Positions 35,812-48,790 of a stretch of DNA of 64,000 nucleotides are shown piece after piece; positions within the stretch are counted from its first letter, which is position 1, and every line of letters begins with the position of its first letter. The stretch is taken from the NCBI RefSeq assembly GCF_964355755.1, contig NC_092672.1:12896001-12960000 (forward strand). Reading direction: 5' to 3'. This stretch comes from Antedon mediterranea. Its lineage: Eukaryota > Animalia > Echinodermata. The translations under genes were made by a program, and so were the position numbers. The notes under the pieces were generated by a model that saw nothing but the letters and a program-made list of their open reading frames with translations, did not search any database and was not told where the DNA came from.

Positions 35812-36065
35812 TATAATTTATTGCAATTTATTCATCCACAGCAACAGAAAATGAAACAGTTATTGCTGATGGTAAGTTAAACATCATTTACTTGATATTT
35901 AATGCAACCAAACAATTTGTTGTAAAAAGGTGTTCGAGTCTATTATATGATATAGTCATTGAATAAAATGTAATTTATTGCAATTTATTCATCCACAGCA
36001 ACAGAAAATGAAAATGAAACAGTTATTGCTGATGGTAAGTTAAACATCATTTACTTGATATTTGA
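35812..36065 (+). repeat. Duplicated micro-exon with its splice flanks
   Basis: TAATTTATTGCAATTTATTCATCCACAG|CAACAGAAAATGAAAC...GCTGATG|GTAAGTTAAACATC occurs twice (~35814 and ~35971). The second copy has 6 extra bp. Confidence 0.8.
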
Positions 36066-38929
36066 TGTTATATTTGTTGATATATTAAAAATGTGTATTT
36101 AGTGTGAATCAAAATGTTTATACAGTATTTACTTTTCTTTGTGATATTCTTCACAATGAACATAATTCTTCCACAGCTGAAATTGAAGGTACCATTAGGC
36201 CTCACTAAGTGGTGAGTAACACATTTAGCAAACCTACTTAAATTTATAACAGCAACACATACAATGAATACAATTGTGTTAAAGACGTGACAGGATATGG
36301 AATGACCTATGAGCAATACAGTGTTATAGTGCTTTAAAAAAATAAAATTTAAAAAATTATTTGACAGTTAATTGACCTTAACACAACAATATACACTAGA
36401 CTAAGTTTTTACTCAATAAAGTGTCCTTGTGCATAATTAAATTCAAAGACATTTTTTAAATACTGTAGCAATAGCACATACATTCAAATTAGAGAGTAGG
36501 GAACCCCAAGAAAATGTTTTAACAATTAATGCTTAACTGTTTTTTTTCCCAGAAAAAAATACAGATTTAGCAAACATTTGTTCGGAGATTGGGCATACCA
36601 GTAAGAAAACTGAGTTGAAAGAAGGTAAGATGCAGAGACAAAAATAATTACAACCCTGACAATAATCAAATATTGTTTTGGAAACACAGTTTGTTTAACT
36701 TATTTTCATGCTTGTAAAAATTGCTTCTTTTTTTTCAGGATTTTATGCATTTGAAAAAAATATTAAAAAAGAAAAAGAAGAAAGGGCAATTTATGTACCA
36801 AGTAAAGTGGGTTGGCTTCAAAAAACCTACCTGGGAGCCAGAAGCAAATGTTCCAGAACATTTGAGGATTTAAATTTACAAAATGCATTTATAAATGTAC
36901 TTTTCCCTTTATGTTTTTTTTTTCATCTATTTTAAGCTGCTTTTCATGTTAAATTAAATACTATACTGGCCTATTACAATAATTTTCTTCCATCTTTAAG
37001 CAGTGAAGATCTGAAGCGTACGATGTTCGTATGTTACCGCTGTTTACCAACTAGGCCTATACAACTTTTTTTAAGTAATATACAGTATATGCATATTTTT
37101 TACAAAACGTCAACAATTGCAGAGAAAGTGTCTTTTATGTTTAACTTTACAACCAGTTACCAGTATTATACTAATGTCACACAAAAAAGTATCAAAATAT
37201 AAACCAATACTGAGTAATTATGACAATGATCTTCTGCGCTGAGACTATTTGCAGTTAACTGAACACACAAGTTCTCGACATTAGTTTGCATTTAGTAGTC
37301 AGGTTCTGGCACTTTGCCACCTGGATTTTTAGGCCAGGTAGCAATATTTTGGGTTGCTAAAGGCCAAGTGGCAAAATTCCAGGTGACAACAAGCCTATAG
37401 ACCCAATAGGTAATTATCAGGGGTGGTCGGAGGACTATTTTAAGAGGGTTGCCCAAGAATCCAGGGCCATAATAGAAACCAAGCATTTACGCCACAGGTT
37501 TGTAAATTACTACGGAAATTCGGCCTAATTTTACGGACGTAGAGAAATGAAAAAAAAAATACACTGACCGTCGTTAAATTGTGCGCGGTTAATTTTACGC
37601 TGCAGTCAGTCAATTTACATATAGACTCTTCCAACAATGGACTTCTATGACGACGTTAATATGGTTAATATATGCCTATGATGAAGTGGGATCTAAATTT
37701 TAATTTAGTGGCAGAAAAAAACATTTAGTATGAAATTAAGGGTGTTGCCCGGGAAACTGGGGCAACATCCCTGCGTCCGCCCATGATTATTAAGTATATG
37801 CATAAATTATCTTTTTAAACTGGTACTGTACATTTATTTTTTTTAAATGGCAACTTTAATGACTTGTATTTTATGTACTCAAATGGCAGAAATAACAAGA
37901 CAAGGAGGGGTAGTTTGGTATTTTCTTCTTTCTTTCTGTTTATTCCCTCAATTGTTACATGTAGTTTGGTACTACTACTATCTACTATTTTAGCAACCAA
38001 TAAGTTAATGCTAACATAATTTATGATTGTGGGTGGAGGAGAAGCAAAGACCAAATAACAGCGTAACTAAGTGCCATGCTAAATATTATTTTATTGGAAT
38101 ATTTATAGAAAAGATAACGTTATGACGCACCATACTGTACATCTTGGTCTAATAAATAATCATGCAAGGTCTTCGATGCCATTCTAAAACATTTAAAAAA
38201 CAATGTATGATGGTATGAGAACCACCATATTTATAATGTTTAACAATTCGGCAATCAAGTGGTCTCAAACTGCAATAGGCATATGGCCTATTCGGCACCG
38301 AAGAAATTGCATCCGCACCTAGGAAGTTGTTGCTTACGCGTCGTGGGTCTTTTGCAGGTATGACTATTATGAAATGGAGTGGGTAATGCTACAGTAGCTG
38401 GCCTAACATGCCTATACTATAGTTACCCTCCCTCCCCCCCCCCCCCCCCCGGAAAATGGCAACGAAAGTACCCACCACTATGCCTACTGTAGGCCGGGTA
38501 TGTCCAGAGGGACCTCCCCTAGCTAGAGTAGCCTTAGCTTAGCCCTGGCCTAGCCTACTATCCCCTACTACTAGCCTAGATACTGTACTTCCAGGCCTAG
38601 GCGGCTTGTACTGTAGTTAGGGGGTGGGGGCTAGCCTAGGCTAGCCAAAGTACGACGCCTGAATTCGCCGGGTTGGCAATGAAATGGGTAGTAGTTGGTT
38701 CGGGTACGTATTGACCAGCACCCTTCAAATTCAGGCCTAGTTGGGCCTAGAGAGTGTGTGACGCAGCAGGCTAAGCCCCCACCTGCCACGAACTATTTTA
38801 CGTCACTTTTTTTACCTATAAAAATGTGATCTTTTAACAAAAAAATATACTAGATATATAAGTTCAAAATGTAAACATGGAATTTTGAATTTGTTGTGTA
38901 AATTTGTTTTAAATTTAACATTAACATTA

Positions 38930-39703
38930 ACATTTTATAAGGTAGGTGTCGACATGGCGTACTTCAAAACATATATTCTTGTTAAGACTTGGCAAGCATT
39001 ATGACGGTCCGACGCTCCATTCCTTTACTTTCATGGACTAAAGACGACACTATTAGTCCGAGATCTGCAGTTACAAAAGAAAACGGAGGCAGCAGCAGAA
39101 ATAACACAACCAAGAAAGGTACATTCCTATTTCTTTTCGTGTTCGGTTGTCGCACATTAACAGTACAATATTTTTTTTTTAATTTAACATTACATAAACT
39201 CCGTACACAAAATGCGGTGAACCACATATATACATGGTAACAGTTACAGAATCGGGTGTCAAGTAATAACATAGTCTAAATGGTAAATGTAATTTGTTGA
39301 TAATAATCAACCAGTATAGTTTTTTTTTTCAAAATTTAGAAACTCATAATTGTTATGAACCATCATAAACCACTCAGTGGATCTAAACAAAAATAAACTA
39401 TTTAAAACTACTTTGAACATGAGAAACAAAAAGAGTTGTACTATCATTATGTTTAAGGATTTGTTAACATTTTATAATGTAGGTGTCGACATGGCGTACT
39501 TCAAAACATGTATTCTTGTTAAGACTTGGCAAGCATTATGACGGTCCGACGCTCCATTCCTTTACTTTCATGGACTAAAGACGACACTATTAGTCCGAGA
39601 TCTGCAGTTACAAAAGAAAACTGAGGCAGCAGCAGAAATAACACAACCACGAAACATTTATTCCTATTTCTTTTCGTGTTCGGCTGTCGCACATTAACAG
39701 TAC
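38930..39703 (+). repeat. ~235-bp direct repeat pair
   Basis: 38930-39166 and 39468-39703 are near identical, from ACATTTTATAA..GTAGGTGTCGAC to CGCACATTAACAGTAC. Confidence 0.9.
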
Positions 39704-39719
39704 TGTATAGTAACATAAA

Positions 39720-39925
39720 AAAAGAAGATGAAATATTTCCATCAGTTTTTTAGGGTGCCGAGGAGGCAGTTGTTCAAGATAGTGATGTTTCAATTTCAGA
39801 TGATAATTTAGACGATTTGTCCGATTCAACTGTTGAATCACCTATGCCATTGCAAGACAATCTAGCTTTCTGGGCAGTACAAACGTGTTCCTCATGCTGC
39901 CATCCGCGATTTGTTGAAAATGCAT
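39720..39925 (+). pseudogene. CMC/EnSpm transposase N-terminal fragment
   Basis: Acidic stretch followed by LQDNLAFWAVQ..VPHAAIRDLLK (L..WA....i....l..LL motif). Confidence 0.45.
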
Positions 39926-39959
39926 ACCAACAAGCAACCAATATCATTGTCAAATACCA

Positions 39960-40430
39960 AACAATAACAATTTTAGTTTAGAAAAGTTATTTGTTGCTTA
40001 AAATATGTTAGGAAATTAAGCCAATTGGAAGCAGAATCAGTAACAAATCTTATATTTAGACTAAGACAACAGGCCGACTTGTGTGATTTTAGCACAGAAA
40101 TAGATAACAACATCAAAGATAAACTGATTGATGGATGTACGTCAGAAAAGCTACAGAAAGTGTTATTATAAAAAGGTAACGACTTGACTCTACCAAAGGC
40201 AGTCAACATAGCAAACTCCTTTGAGCTCGTGCAGAAACAGTCTTAGACTATGGCAACGGGTAGTACTAGTAGAACAAGTAATGTACATGCAGTTAATCGT
40301 ACAAATCAAAGAGGTGCATCGAATGACAGCATTAGTGGTAGTGGCAAGTATTTTAAGCATAAATATAACCACAACAGTAGCAACAGAATAGAAATGCATG
40401 TTATAGGTGTGGAAGACATGACATGAAGTC
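39960..40430 (+). pseudogene. Ty3/Gypsy gag fragment
   Basis: SQLEAESVTNLIFRLRQQADLCDFSTEIDNNIKDKLIDGCTSEKLQKVLL*KGNDLTLPKAVNIANSFE, plus zinc knuckle CYRCGRH. Confidence 0.75.
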
Positions 40431-40583
40431 ATTCAGTTCTGAAACATCAAAATGTGTATGTAAATTAAAATCAGTTTGTGTTTGGTCTGTGGTCCAATTA
40501 CATGTAAAAATAACTAAAGCTGTCCTACACAAATGTTACAGGTTTCACATACACACATAATTACATTACTTTTTTTCTAACAG

Positions 40584-41120
40584 ATAGTTGGTTCTTGTAT
40601 GGGGTTAACAGGGACCGAGATGAGATGATGGGATGTCATAAGAAAATTTAATGGAGGTGCAAGGGAAATAATAGAAAGGCTTCCTTTACTAATGAAAAGT
40701 GAACATGTAAATAATGATTTTGTGTCAAATTCAAATCCACATTGATTTAGGGTTACTTTTGTATCATGTGGCATTGACAAATGTTATATTCAATGGTTTC
40801 ATTCAACGGATAAAACAAAATTCATAAATTTTTCTCTTGCAGGAGGACATGGATCAAGACATAGAAGCACCAAAGCTATTCTTGAATACCACAGGGCAAT
40901 GGGTAGAATCCTGCATTTTCTGCAATGAAAATGTTTTTAAAGTCAAAGGGCAGTTATCTGATGCTATCTATATGTTTATGGTAATTTATTATGTTTTCGA
41001 TTTACATTATCTGACACAGTATCAGATATTAGGTATTTTTCAATACTGGATTTTAAAAGATAAAAAAATACTATAATAAGCTTTCCATAAAGTCAACACA
41101 ATGTTGGAAGCTGTATATTA
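40584..41120 (+). pseudogene. C-terminal exons of an uncharacterised TE-associated protein (SAMD3-like C-terminus)
   Basis: Two GT-AG exons encoding ...LSDAIYMFMVIYYVFDLHY...LGIFQYWIL. Confidence 0.4.
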
Positions 41121-41549
41121 AACTCGACTTCCTTATTAATTGAAAATGTTATAGTTGATATTATTATACAGTTGTATTATCATACAATGTATCTTGTATG
41201 TTATTATGAAAAGGTAATATTTCATTTTATATTGGTAGAAAATAAATAATTTAAATGCTTTTGATTAAAATATCACTTTCGTCCGTTTTGTTCTTAATTA
41301 ATGATGTCAATCTGATACACACCACACCAAAAGACACCACATTTGTAAGCCCTTGTTTGCTAAATATTTCAAGTAAGCATGTATTCTTTATTGTATATAC
41401 CACAGCAAATACATTGCTAACCTCTTTTATGCTAAACGCAAAACACATAAAACAGGCTAAACACTTGAAAGATAAGCATATTTTTCTTCTAAATGCCAAA
41501 GTAAAAACACAAAATGAAACTAAACACATTAGTGCTAAATAAGCCTAAG

Positions 41550-41585
41550 CACATAGAATGCTAAACATGTTTAGCATTCTATGTG
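41550..41585. repeat. Perfect 36-bp palindrome with no spacer
   Basis: CACATAGAATGCTAAACA|TGTTTAGCATTCTATGTG. Confidence 0.95.
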
Positions 41586-41789
41586 TCCCCTTACCAAAGG
41601 AGAATGCTTAGCCTTCGCTAACCATTCACTAGGCATTCGAATGCTAATTTACAGGTAATTTTTAGAATTTAGGCATTCATTCTTAAAACCACTTAATCGG
41701 AATGCTAAGAAAAGTTTCCAAGCATTCTTTAGGAATGCTTACAAGAGTCAATAAGCATTCAGAAGCTATCCCGAAGCTATCCCGAATAA

Positions 41790-42097
41790 TAGTGTGAATG
41801 CTAAGTTCATTGGTAGCATTCAGGGAGATATTTTGAATGGTAGTGTGAATGCTAAGATCATTGGTAGCATTCAGGAAGAGATTTTGAATGGTAGTGTGAA
41901 TGCCAAGATCATTGGTAGCATTCAGGGAGATATTCTGAATGGTATTGTGAATGCTAAGAACATTGGTAGCATTCAGGGAGATATTTTGAATGGTAGTGTG
42001 AATGCTAAGAACATTGGTAGCATTCAGGGAGATATGTTGAATGGTAGTGTGAATGCTAAGATCATTGGTAGCATTCAGGAAGAGATTTTGAATGGTA
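41790..42097 (+). repeat. 42-bp tandem minisatellite, ~7 copies
   Basis: Unit GTAGTGTGAATGCTAAGATCATTGGTAGCATTCAGGGAGATATTTTGAAT-like, containing an internal GAATGCTA..TAGCATTC inverted pair. Confidence 0.9.
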
Positions 42098-42174
42098 AAC
42101 AGGGAAATAATTGAATGCTCAACCAATCAGATCAATCCTCACCAACTGCCAAAAAAACAACAACCAATTCAAAT

Positions 42175-42574
42175 TTAAGCATAGTGGCCAAATCTGGCAT
42201 AATTATGCCGCCTGGCATAATTTTGACCCATCTGGCATCTGGCATTTATGCTAGGCATAATTTTAGGAAATCTGGCATAATCTGAAAAACGCAAACATAC
42301 AACATATTCACCACGATTTAGCATATTATCTGGCATAATTGCGAAAAAATCTGGCATAATTTGTACACAATCTAGCATAATTTGGCTGAAAACCCGAAGA
42401 GCTTTTTTTTTTTTTTTTTTTTTTTTTGGCTTTCCACCTTTGTGGTACATAAAACATACACATAAACCGCCCTCTTATTCACTATTATTTTGGTGCACTT
42501 TTAGCCTTAATTGTGTCTGGCATAATTTTGTGCTGCAACCTAGCATAATTTCATTTCGCTCGCTGGCCACACTG
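42175..42574 (-). mobile_element. MITE fragment with GGCATAATT subterminal repeats and a CAG terminus (hAT-like)
   Basis: Many (T)GGCATAATT motifs. The right end reverse-complements to CAGTGTGGCCAGCGAGCGAAATGAAATTATGC. Confidence 0.5.
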
Positions 42575-43603
42575 AATTCAAGAGACCAATGGCTAGAGAA
42601 TGGCTGAGTTACCTGCTGGCAACCCTGACACAGATTTTGTTGATATAAAAGGTATTGTAGCTAGTAGCTATACTTGTATCACTGATCAAAAAGAAGGGCT
42701 AACTAAACTATATATAAAAGCAATTTTAAATAAAAGTAGTTTTCACTCCATCGTTTATTTCATTATATAGACAATGGAATGGAGGCATTTTTATGCCATG
42801 GCAGATTATTTCCTTAATTCCAACATTTGAAATGAATAAAAACAGTAACCCAACAAGTATTTATTTTAAAAAGGGTAAATATTAAATAAAATCCTTTTTA
42901 TTAAACCTGAATGATACTAATATAATAGTCCTTTTACAGACTAGAGAATATAGTGCATAATTCAGTTGTATCTGCTATATACTGACTGTACATAAAGGAA
43001 CATACTGTAGAAAACAAAATAAAGAGTCCAACAGAGTGCATTGGACAAATCATCTGTTGATGCCATTAGAGGTATTTAACTATAAATTTTAAATCAATTT
43101 TAACATGTTCATGTCTTATAAACATGCCTTCAATGATCAATTGAGGGAAAATTGAATCCCACCATTTCTCTTTGTTTTAATTCCTTAATCATTCTTTTTA
43201 TCTTTAATTTCTTTTCACAGGGTTGCGGTTTTTTATTTCATTAACATATTTCAATATTTTTTTTTGCAGAGTATATCAAGGTCGTGGCAGTAAAAAATGA
43301 TTGGAGCTCCTGTTAGCCCGGTAGAATTTAACAAGAAGTTTGTGTCTAAATGCACCAATGCACACAGGAGTCTACATAAATAGATAAATATTTTATATAT
43401 AATTTTTATTTTCATTTATCATATCTCTATATTCTCAATTTTGTCCAAGTATTCTCACTTGCACAGATAAAGTGCTAGTGTTGCCAAAAGCTCTGCTAAT
43501 TGATAATTTTTTAGCTTTTTGCTTACTTTAGTTTGTATCTCCATTGAGATCCAGCCACAGCATTGTCATTTTTTTTCAGTAATTTGCCTTTTATATATAT
43601 ATA

Positions 43604-44949
43604 GGGTAAACTGGGGTAAGTGGTCCGGTGGGGCAGCCGGACCACTTTGCATTTAAACAGGATTATATCCCTCTATTGTTAAAGCAGAGAAAAAAATCAA
43701 ATTTGCACAAACAAACAAATTTGGTATTGCATGCTGTGTTCCCGTTAAGAAAAATTGCTTAATTTTACCAAATATTGATTCTCAATTAGATCTTATTTCA
43801 TCTAAAATCAATCATTAGTATTTGTGGATTTGTGTGTTTTTAGTTCCTTTTATATTTGTACGATTTTAGCCTTATTTTTGGCCGATTCTAATAGTTTTTT
43901 TGTCCACTGTGTGCCAGGCGTGTGTAGGCTTGCTTGCTGTTCATTTTAACAAGGCCTAGGGGTAAGTTATATTTTCATAATTTTATTTTAAAATTAGGGT
44001 TAAGTTTCAAAATCACAGTTATTGACATTGTAAATGTTGTGTCTTCATATTAAGTGACAGATTTTATTTTGATAATTTAAATGTAAATAATCGTGATATT
44101 AAAAAAAAAAATAGTTTCCACACATTTTAATATAAATATAACAAAATATAAATGCAATCCCTTAAGATTTAATGTTAATATTTTTTCAAATTTTATGTCA
44201 TATTTTGGTGGTAATTTATATATTTTCCGGCGCCATCTTGGATTAGGATTATTTTAGTGGAGTAATTTTTAATTTTGTTTTTATTTTAGTTAAAAACATA
44301 AATTTAAACAGCCATGTATTCTAGATACGTATTTTTAACATAAAATTGTTTTGAAAATGATTTCAGATATTTTTTCAGTTATTTAATTGTATTTTAAATA
44401 AAGCGTCCCAGTTACCCCACGTTAGTGGGGTAGGTGGACCAGTATTCAATTCTTATATGTGTATACATTTTCTATGTTTTTTTCTTGAACACCAAGTGTT
44501 TTATCACTACAACAGTAGTTTACTTGGACACATTTTAATGGAATATAATTTGTTTTGGTTCTTAAAGTAATGTTTGGTAATTGAAAGTCAGTTTTTATTA
44601 TCATAATATTACTTTTCATATTAATATTTCTTAATAATAGTATATTTCAATTTTATCTATAGTAATGGCAAGGAAAAAAAAAAGTTGGACTCCAATGCTT
44701 GGAAAATGGAACAAGCAATCTATGCAGGAAGCGTATGAAGCAGTGAAGGGTGGCACTTTGTCTTTGAGGGCTGCAGCAAAGCAGTATGGCGTTCCGAAAA
44801 CAACATTGCAAAGACGTTTATCGGGTAAAGTGGATGTCACTTCTTCTGCATCAAGAGCAACTGTATTAACTGCAAGTGAAGAAACAGAACTAAAAAATTA
44901 CATTCTACATATGGAAAGTGTTGGCTTTGGATTGACACAATGGCCTTAG
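43604..44949 (+). mobile_element. pogo-like transposon left arm with truncated transposase (HTH-psq plus start of CENP-B HTH)
   Basis: (TA)n|GGGTAAACTGGGGTAAGTGGTCC terminus, with internal copies at ~44405-44440. ORF 44665..44949 reads W...MQEAYEAVKGG.LSLRAAAKQYGVPKTTLQRR...EETELKNYI..M...GFGLT. Confidence 0.82.
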
Positions 44950-45339
44950 ACGACTCTCAGACTTTCTAAACCAATGCAACATAGCAATGAAGGAAATGAA
45001 AGGCTTGGAAATCCACAGAAAAAATCTCTCTTATAACATTATATCCATCCCTAAACTCTAGAGGGCCTCCTGTAAGTAGGCTGCAGCTACAGGTTTGATT
45101 TAATTCTGCTACTACTTAATAAAGATGTGCTGGAAACCACAGGACTTTGTTTTGTTCTTTGTGTTGGTTGCGTTTGCCCCACAGCATACCAAACTGATCC
45201 TTCTCTCTTTGCAGATTCTCAGGAAAGCAGTGTTCCTGTAGCGGCTCGCGGGGTGCGAGTAGAGAAGAAACAAAAACAAACAAAAAACAGAAACAATCTC
45301 CGGGGACATCTACGAAGGACCCATAATATTTAAGCAACT

Positions 45340-45820
45340 TAATATTCTAGATGTTCATAAACTATACGAATTATGTGTACTTCATATTGTTTTTGATTTA
45401 TAATAGAAACTCTGCACATCAAATCAGTTATTATTTTAGTACAGTTGATCATTTACGAACTACTAGGTTTAAACAAGGTAATAACCTATCTATCCCAAAA
45501 GCCCGTACTATGCCAGGTCAATTTAGAATTTCGTTTGGCACAAAATTTTGGAATAATTTATCACTCGACATAAAAATAATACATCAAAAATTAATTTCGT
45601 AAAGAATATAACTGAACTACTATTATTGAGATACTGATTAATGCTGGCCCACCGCTTTCTTTTTGTCATTATTGTGTTTTTTTTTTACATTATTGTATAA
45701 TTATATTATCAAAATCGTTTGCACTGAACAGTATTATATTTGTTAATCAGGTGTAAACCACTGTTTATACCGTTTTGCCTTTGGTGAATAAAAAATTATG
45801 ATGATGATGATGATGATAAT
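45340..45820 (+). mobile_element. CR1/L2-like LINE 3' end with (GAT)n tail
   Basis: H..TTR...LSIPKART...FRISFGTKFWNNL..DIK, then a 3' UTR, AATAAA and (ATG)n. Confidence 0.7.
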
Positions 45821-46326
45821 CACCACAAGGCGGAACGACACCAGTCTTTGCCACAGGAGCCGGCTTATGTTGATGCGCTAACCCCGTCTTCAGGAAGTGA
45901 GTCATTAGTAAAGGAGGTGTCGCCAGAAAGCCCTGTACGCAAGCAGTAGAAGATTAAGACTACAGGAGGGAAACCGCCGCTGTTATCCTAGTTAGAGAGG
46001 AATAGCCTGGTGACTATATGGATACTGATAGACCACCACTGGTTGGTTGAAGTTGTGATCAAATATGAGACAACGTACCTTGAAGATGGACAAGCAGTAC
46101 TAATCGACAGAGAAATGTAGATCCCTGAACGTCCCAATTTTGTTTCAATCATTTAAAAAAAAATTTGCGAATATGGGTAAATGCCTCTATTTGATGGAAG
46201 AGGTTTTTGTTCCTTAAATGTTATTGGTCAGATTAATGTGATAGGGGGTGGGTATTTACTAATGTCCACAGTAACGTGTGGTAATATGCCTATCATAGCA
46301 ACATGATTTCGAAATTGAATGCCTCA

Positions 46327-46798
46327 AACATCTGTATATTGTGTGCATCTTATATTTGTGTGTGCAGTGTAACCCAAATATGTCAACATCTGTATATTGT
46401 GTGCATCTTATATTGGTGTGTGCAGTGTAACCCAAATATGCCAACATCTGTATATTGTGTGCATCTTTTATTTGTGTGTGCAGTGTAACCCAAATATGCC
46501 AACATCTGTATATTGTGTGCATCTTATATTTGTGTGTGCAGTGTAAAACTGTAACCCAAATAGGTCAACATCTGTATATTGTGTGCATCTTATATTTGTG
46601 TGTGCAGTGTAACCCAAATATGTCAACATCTGTATATTGTGTGCATCTTATATTTGTGTGTGCAGTGTAACCCAAATATGTCAACATCTGTATATTGTGT
46701 GCATCTTATATTTGTGTGTGCAGTGTAACCCAAATATGTCAACATCTGTATATTGTGTGCATCTTATATTTGTGTGTTCAGTGCAACCCAAATATGCC
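46327..46798 (+). repeat. 58-bp tandem minisatellite, 8 copies
   Basis: Unit AACATCTGTATATTGTGTGCATCTTATATTTGTGTGTGCAGTGTAACCCAAATATGTC. One unit carries 8 extra bp. Confidence 0.95.
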
Positions 46799-47268
46799 AT
46801 TACGAACTGTACGGTACTTTATAATTATGAATATTTATTTAAACTAAAAATTATAAGTACCGGTTCGCACAGAATGCGCATCACGTATAAAGAATCAACA
46901 ATAACTAATATACGAAACGCTATCACTACTACATCGTATAATTCTTATAGTATTACTTTCTTTTAATCGCATTTATATTTGAGGAACTATACGGTCCTCC
47001 TGAAATCAATTGTGTGCATTTCTTAATTTTCTCGATTTCTCTACGTAATGCAAATACATTTCATTTTAGGCTACAGAAGAAAAACGAAAGAAGGCAATGG
47101 GGAAAAAAAATAAAGAGAAGGCACAAGGTGAAGCAAATAACAAGCAGACCCTCGAACTGTTAAGCCAAAGCCAAGCCAAGCCATCGGATATGCATGCAAT
47201 TTTAGAAATGGTAATTTACTTAAAGTTTGTAAGTTTGTACTCGCACAATAAAGTAAGACGATGTCCAA

Positions 47269-47511
47269 GGCCGTGTTTCCGCAGCTAAAACAAAATTATC
47301 GGTTAATTTTTTAACCAATAAAATCCGCATGATTAGTCATTACAAAACAATCAGATGCCCAATCACATCGCAACAATTGTTCTTCAGGTCAAATTTTAAA
47401 CATTATCGCATTTATCCGATAATTATCTGATTTGAGCGAGATAGAATCGGTTAAACCCCGTTTCCACAACAGACAGTTTATCGCTTAATTTTTGGCTGCG
47501 GAAACACGGCC
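47269..47511. mobile_element. Harbinger/Tourist-like MITE
   Basis: TIR GGCCGTGTTTCCGCAGC(T/C)AAAA, 21/22 match. The TSD is not clean. Confidence 0.8.
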
Positions 47512-47889
47512 ATAGTAAATCCAAAGCTCGCTCTAATGCCCATATCGAAAATTTAGTTTGGCATTTTAGAAATGTTATGATATAGTTCTAGGAATACATT
47601 TTCTACAATTATTACATGTGGGCAAGATGGTTGTAACATAACATTTAAATCATATGTCCGCTTATTTTACAATCATACGAAAGTGTCATCCTGTCGAAGT
47701 ACTGACACATGTCTATTACTTGCATGTTCAATCGGAATTTGATGACATTATATGTGCATTGTAGCAAAGAGTGATGATACTGCTGTTAAACCAAGTCTGT
47801 TAAAACTATAATAAAAATGCAACAAAACGTTACATAATTTTTCATTGGTGTTTCACCCAAATAAAGTTTAAAAAATGTTTATTTTTCAG

Positions 47890-48790
47890 ATTTAGAAAAG
47901 AAAACTAATGTATTCTTAGGTATGTGCTCAACAGGATCACTTTTAACCTGTGGTGACCAAGCATCAGTTACTGACGTGAACTTAAATGTTGCCATTTCTA
48001 ACATTTATCTAACTAATGATGGACCTGAGGTTGAAGGAATTGTGTGTACTGAAAATATAAATAAAAAGATACGCATATTGGCTCCGATTGATCTGTTGAA
48101 ACCAACTACTTTCAAATTACCAAGTACAGAAGTTAAACATCAAGGAAAGTGGACTTCGTAGTATATCTGAGGCATGCAGATCAGATTTTGATGTTCGCTT
48201 GTACATATGGAAGCAGCAGATAGCTTGTTTAATAAGAAAAGAAGTAAGTGCTGCATTGAAGTCAAAATCACATCAAAGGGCATGCAATATAGGTATATTT
48301 AGTATGGATACCGATGAAAATTTGTTAGGTATCAGTTTTTTAAACAAACGTGTTTGTTACAGTTTATTGGCAGGCAACCTTGGTAATATTGACCATTTGT
48401 TGGGTAAAAAATGGGATGTGATGAAAACTGGATCGCCACCACCAAATGGTAAGGAGAAAGAATTCCCCATGTGTTGCAGGGTGTCTGTGAGGATAGAACC
48501 TATAAAAATACATTACCTGAAAATGTAAAGAAAAAATTATCATTGCAAGATGAGTATGTAGCATTTAATCTAGTATCCAAAATATGGATAAATCACTTTC
48601 GAAATATGATCGAAATATTAAAGAAAGATCTTGAACCAGTATTAAAAGAGGGTAAAGACATGTGTTCTACAAATTCATCATCAGATGATTACATCTGGGG
48701 ATATAGCCCTAATTGACTTTGGTCCATTATTGATGAAACAATTACCATTCAGTTTAGGTCGATTCCAGTCTGAGGCAGGTGAACATGCCA
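47890..48790 (+). pseudogene. Decayed coding exon of unidentified family
   Basis: Three adjacent or overlapping + ORFs (47922, 48199, 48471) follow a tttcag acceptor and appear joinable through frameshifts and stops. Confidence 0.4.

Noticed and set aside
41683-42126. ORFs on both strands with a 14-aa repeat
   Set aside because: A by-product of a 42-bp minisatellite whose length is a multiple of 3.
46327-46798. CRISPR-like array or Cys-rich protein
   Set aside because: Units are head to tail with no unique spacers, there are no cas genes, and the context is eukaryotic.
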